Assembly: GCA_012295275.1 (NCBI GenBank)
Contig: CM022673.1
Span: 21,390,001-21,454,000, forward strand
Length of the DNA: 64,000 bases
Origin: Chrysomallon squamiferum
Taxonomy: Eukaryota; Animalia; Mollusca
Direction of reading: 5' to 3'
Both the position numbers and the translations under genes were made by a program. The notes beneath the pieces are model-generated. The model was not told the origin of the DNA, made no database searches, and saw only the letters and a list, made by a program, of their open reading frames with translations. Each line of letters begins with the position of its first letter. Position 1 is the stretch's first letter. Shown piece after piece: positions 54,261 through 64,000 of this stretch.

Positions 54261-54961
54261 TAAACAAACTAAAATAAATAAATAAATAACACAAATATAT
54301 TATATCGCGAACACTTATCATATGTATTTCTTGTTTCTTTATATGTACTGTCTTATACTATACACAGATAGACAGCCATTCTGTGCCAAAATGATTATCA
54401 TTTGATTTCTAGTCAATAAGGAAGTCTTTCGTACAGGGTGTTTGAATAGAAAAGTCAAAACTATATTTACACTGCAGCTTTTATGTTAAAAATTTAGAAA
54501 TGTTTCTTAGAAAAGATAAAATTATCGTTTTTGTTTCGTTTATAACAGTCATCAACAAAACATTAAACTATTTTATTAAAAGTAAAAAATTATTAATAAA
54601 TGTTACCACTCTAACTCTGAAACGAAAACAGAAGTTACCATTGTATCACAACTGTCTACCCTTTTGAAAGGTTGACATAGTTCGACGTGTTTAATACAGC
54701 AGTAAACGTGCACCCAACAACACATTTTGACATAAATCTTTGTCGGTCGTTTTCAAAACAGATGCCATTCAGTTGGTGTCTAACTCAATAGCTTTTTGAA
54801 GAGAACGATTTTGCTATTGAGAACACAAACAAACAGCGCTGGGCGATTTAAGAAATTGCTCTGCTTGATTTGTTGAGTGCAGCGAAGACGTCTCTCTCTC
54901 CAGTACTACGTGCAGGTCTGAGGGTATTGTTGGGTTAAAACACTGAGGAAATATTTAAAGT

Positions 54962-63997
<9,036 letters not shown>

Positions 63998-64000
63998 GTA

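Noticed and set aside
50700-54900. Hidden gene or ncRNA in the intergenic region
   Set aside because: I found only short microsatellite-biased ORFs and no recognisable tRNA, rRNA or snRNA motif. A decayed repeat or untranslated exon cannot be excluded.

Overview
AT-rich, intron-dense animal genomic DNA. It is probably from a lophotrochozoan such as a mollusc, but that is inferred from the gene content. The window holds two + strand genes, both running off its edges. (1) 368-50641: the 3' part of a giant secreted von Willebrand/gel-forming-mucin (hemocytin/SCO-spondin-like) gene. I traced 66 exons with consistent splice phases, about 24.9 kb of coding sequence or about 8,300 aa in this window alone. 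The domain order is TIL-E, TIL'-E', VWD-C8-TIL-E (a D'D3-like assembly), then a long central region with about 29 WxxW/CysD domains, 13 F5/8 type C (discoidin) domains (10 in tandem) and Pro/Thr/Ser/Gly linkers, then TIL-like, LDLa, VWC-like modules and a C-terminal cystine knot. No C-terminal (D4) VWD is visible. Several 1-7 bp frameshifts sit in homopolymers or near-identical repeats and look like assembly errors. (2) 54962->64000: a secreted M12B/ADAMTS-like zinc metalloprotease (signal peptide, RNKR furin site, HELGHSLGAGHD, Met-turn, disintegrin-like domain; one GC-AG intron). Two Tigger/pogo non-autonomous transposons and many microsatellites lie in introns. The most interesting signals are the extreme lectin-mucin architecture, the phase-compatible two-exon discoidin cassettes, an excess of AAG splice acceptors, a frameshift-tolerant His-rich repeat, a sharp CpG boundary, and the VWF-like gene sitting next to an ADAMTS-like protease.
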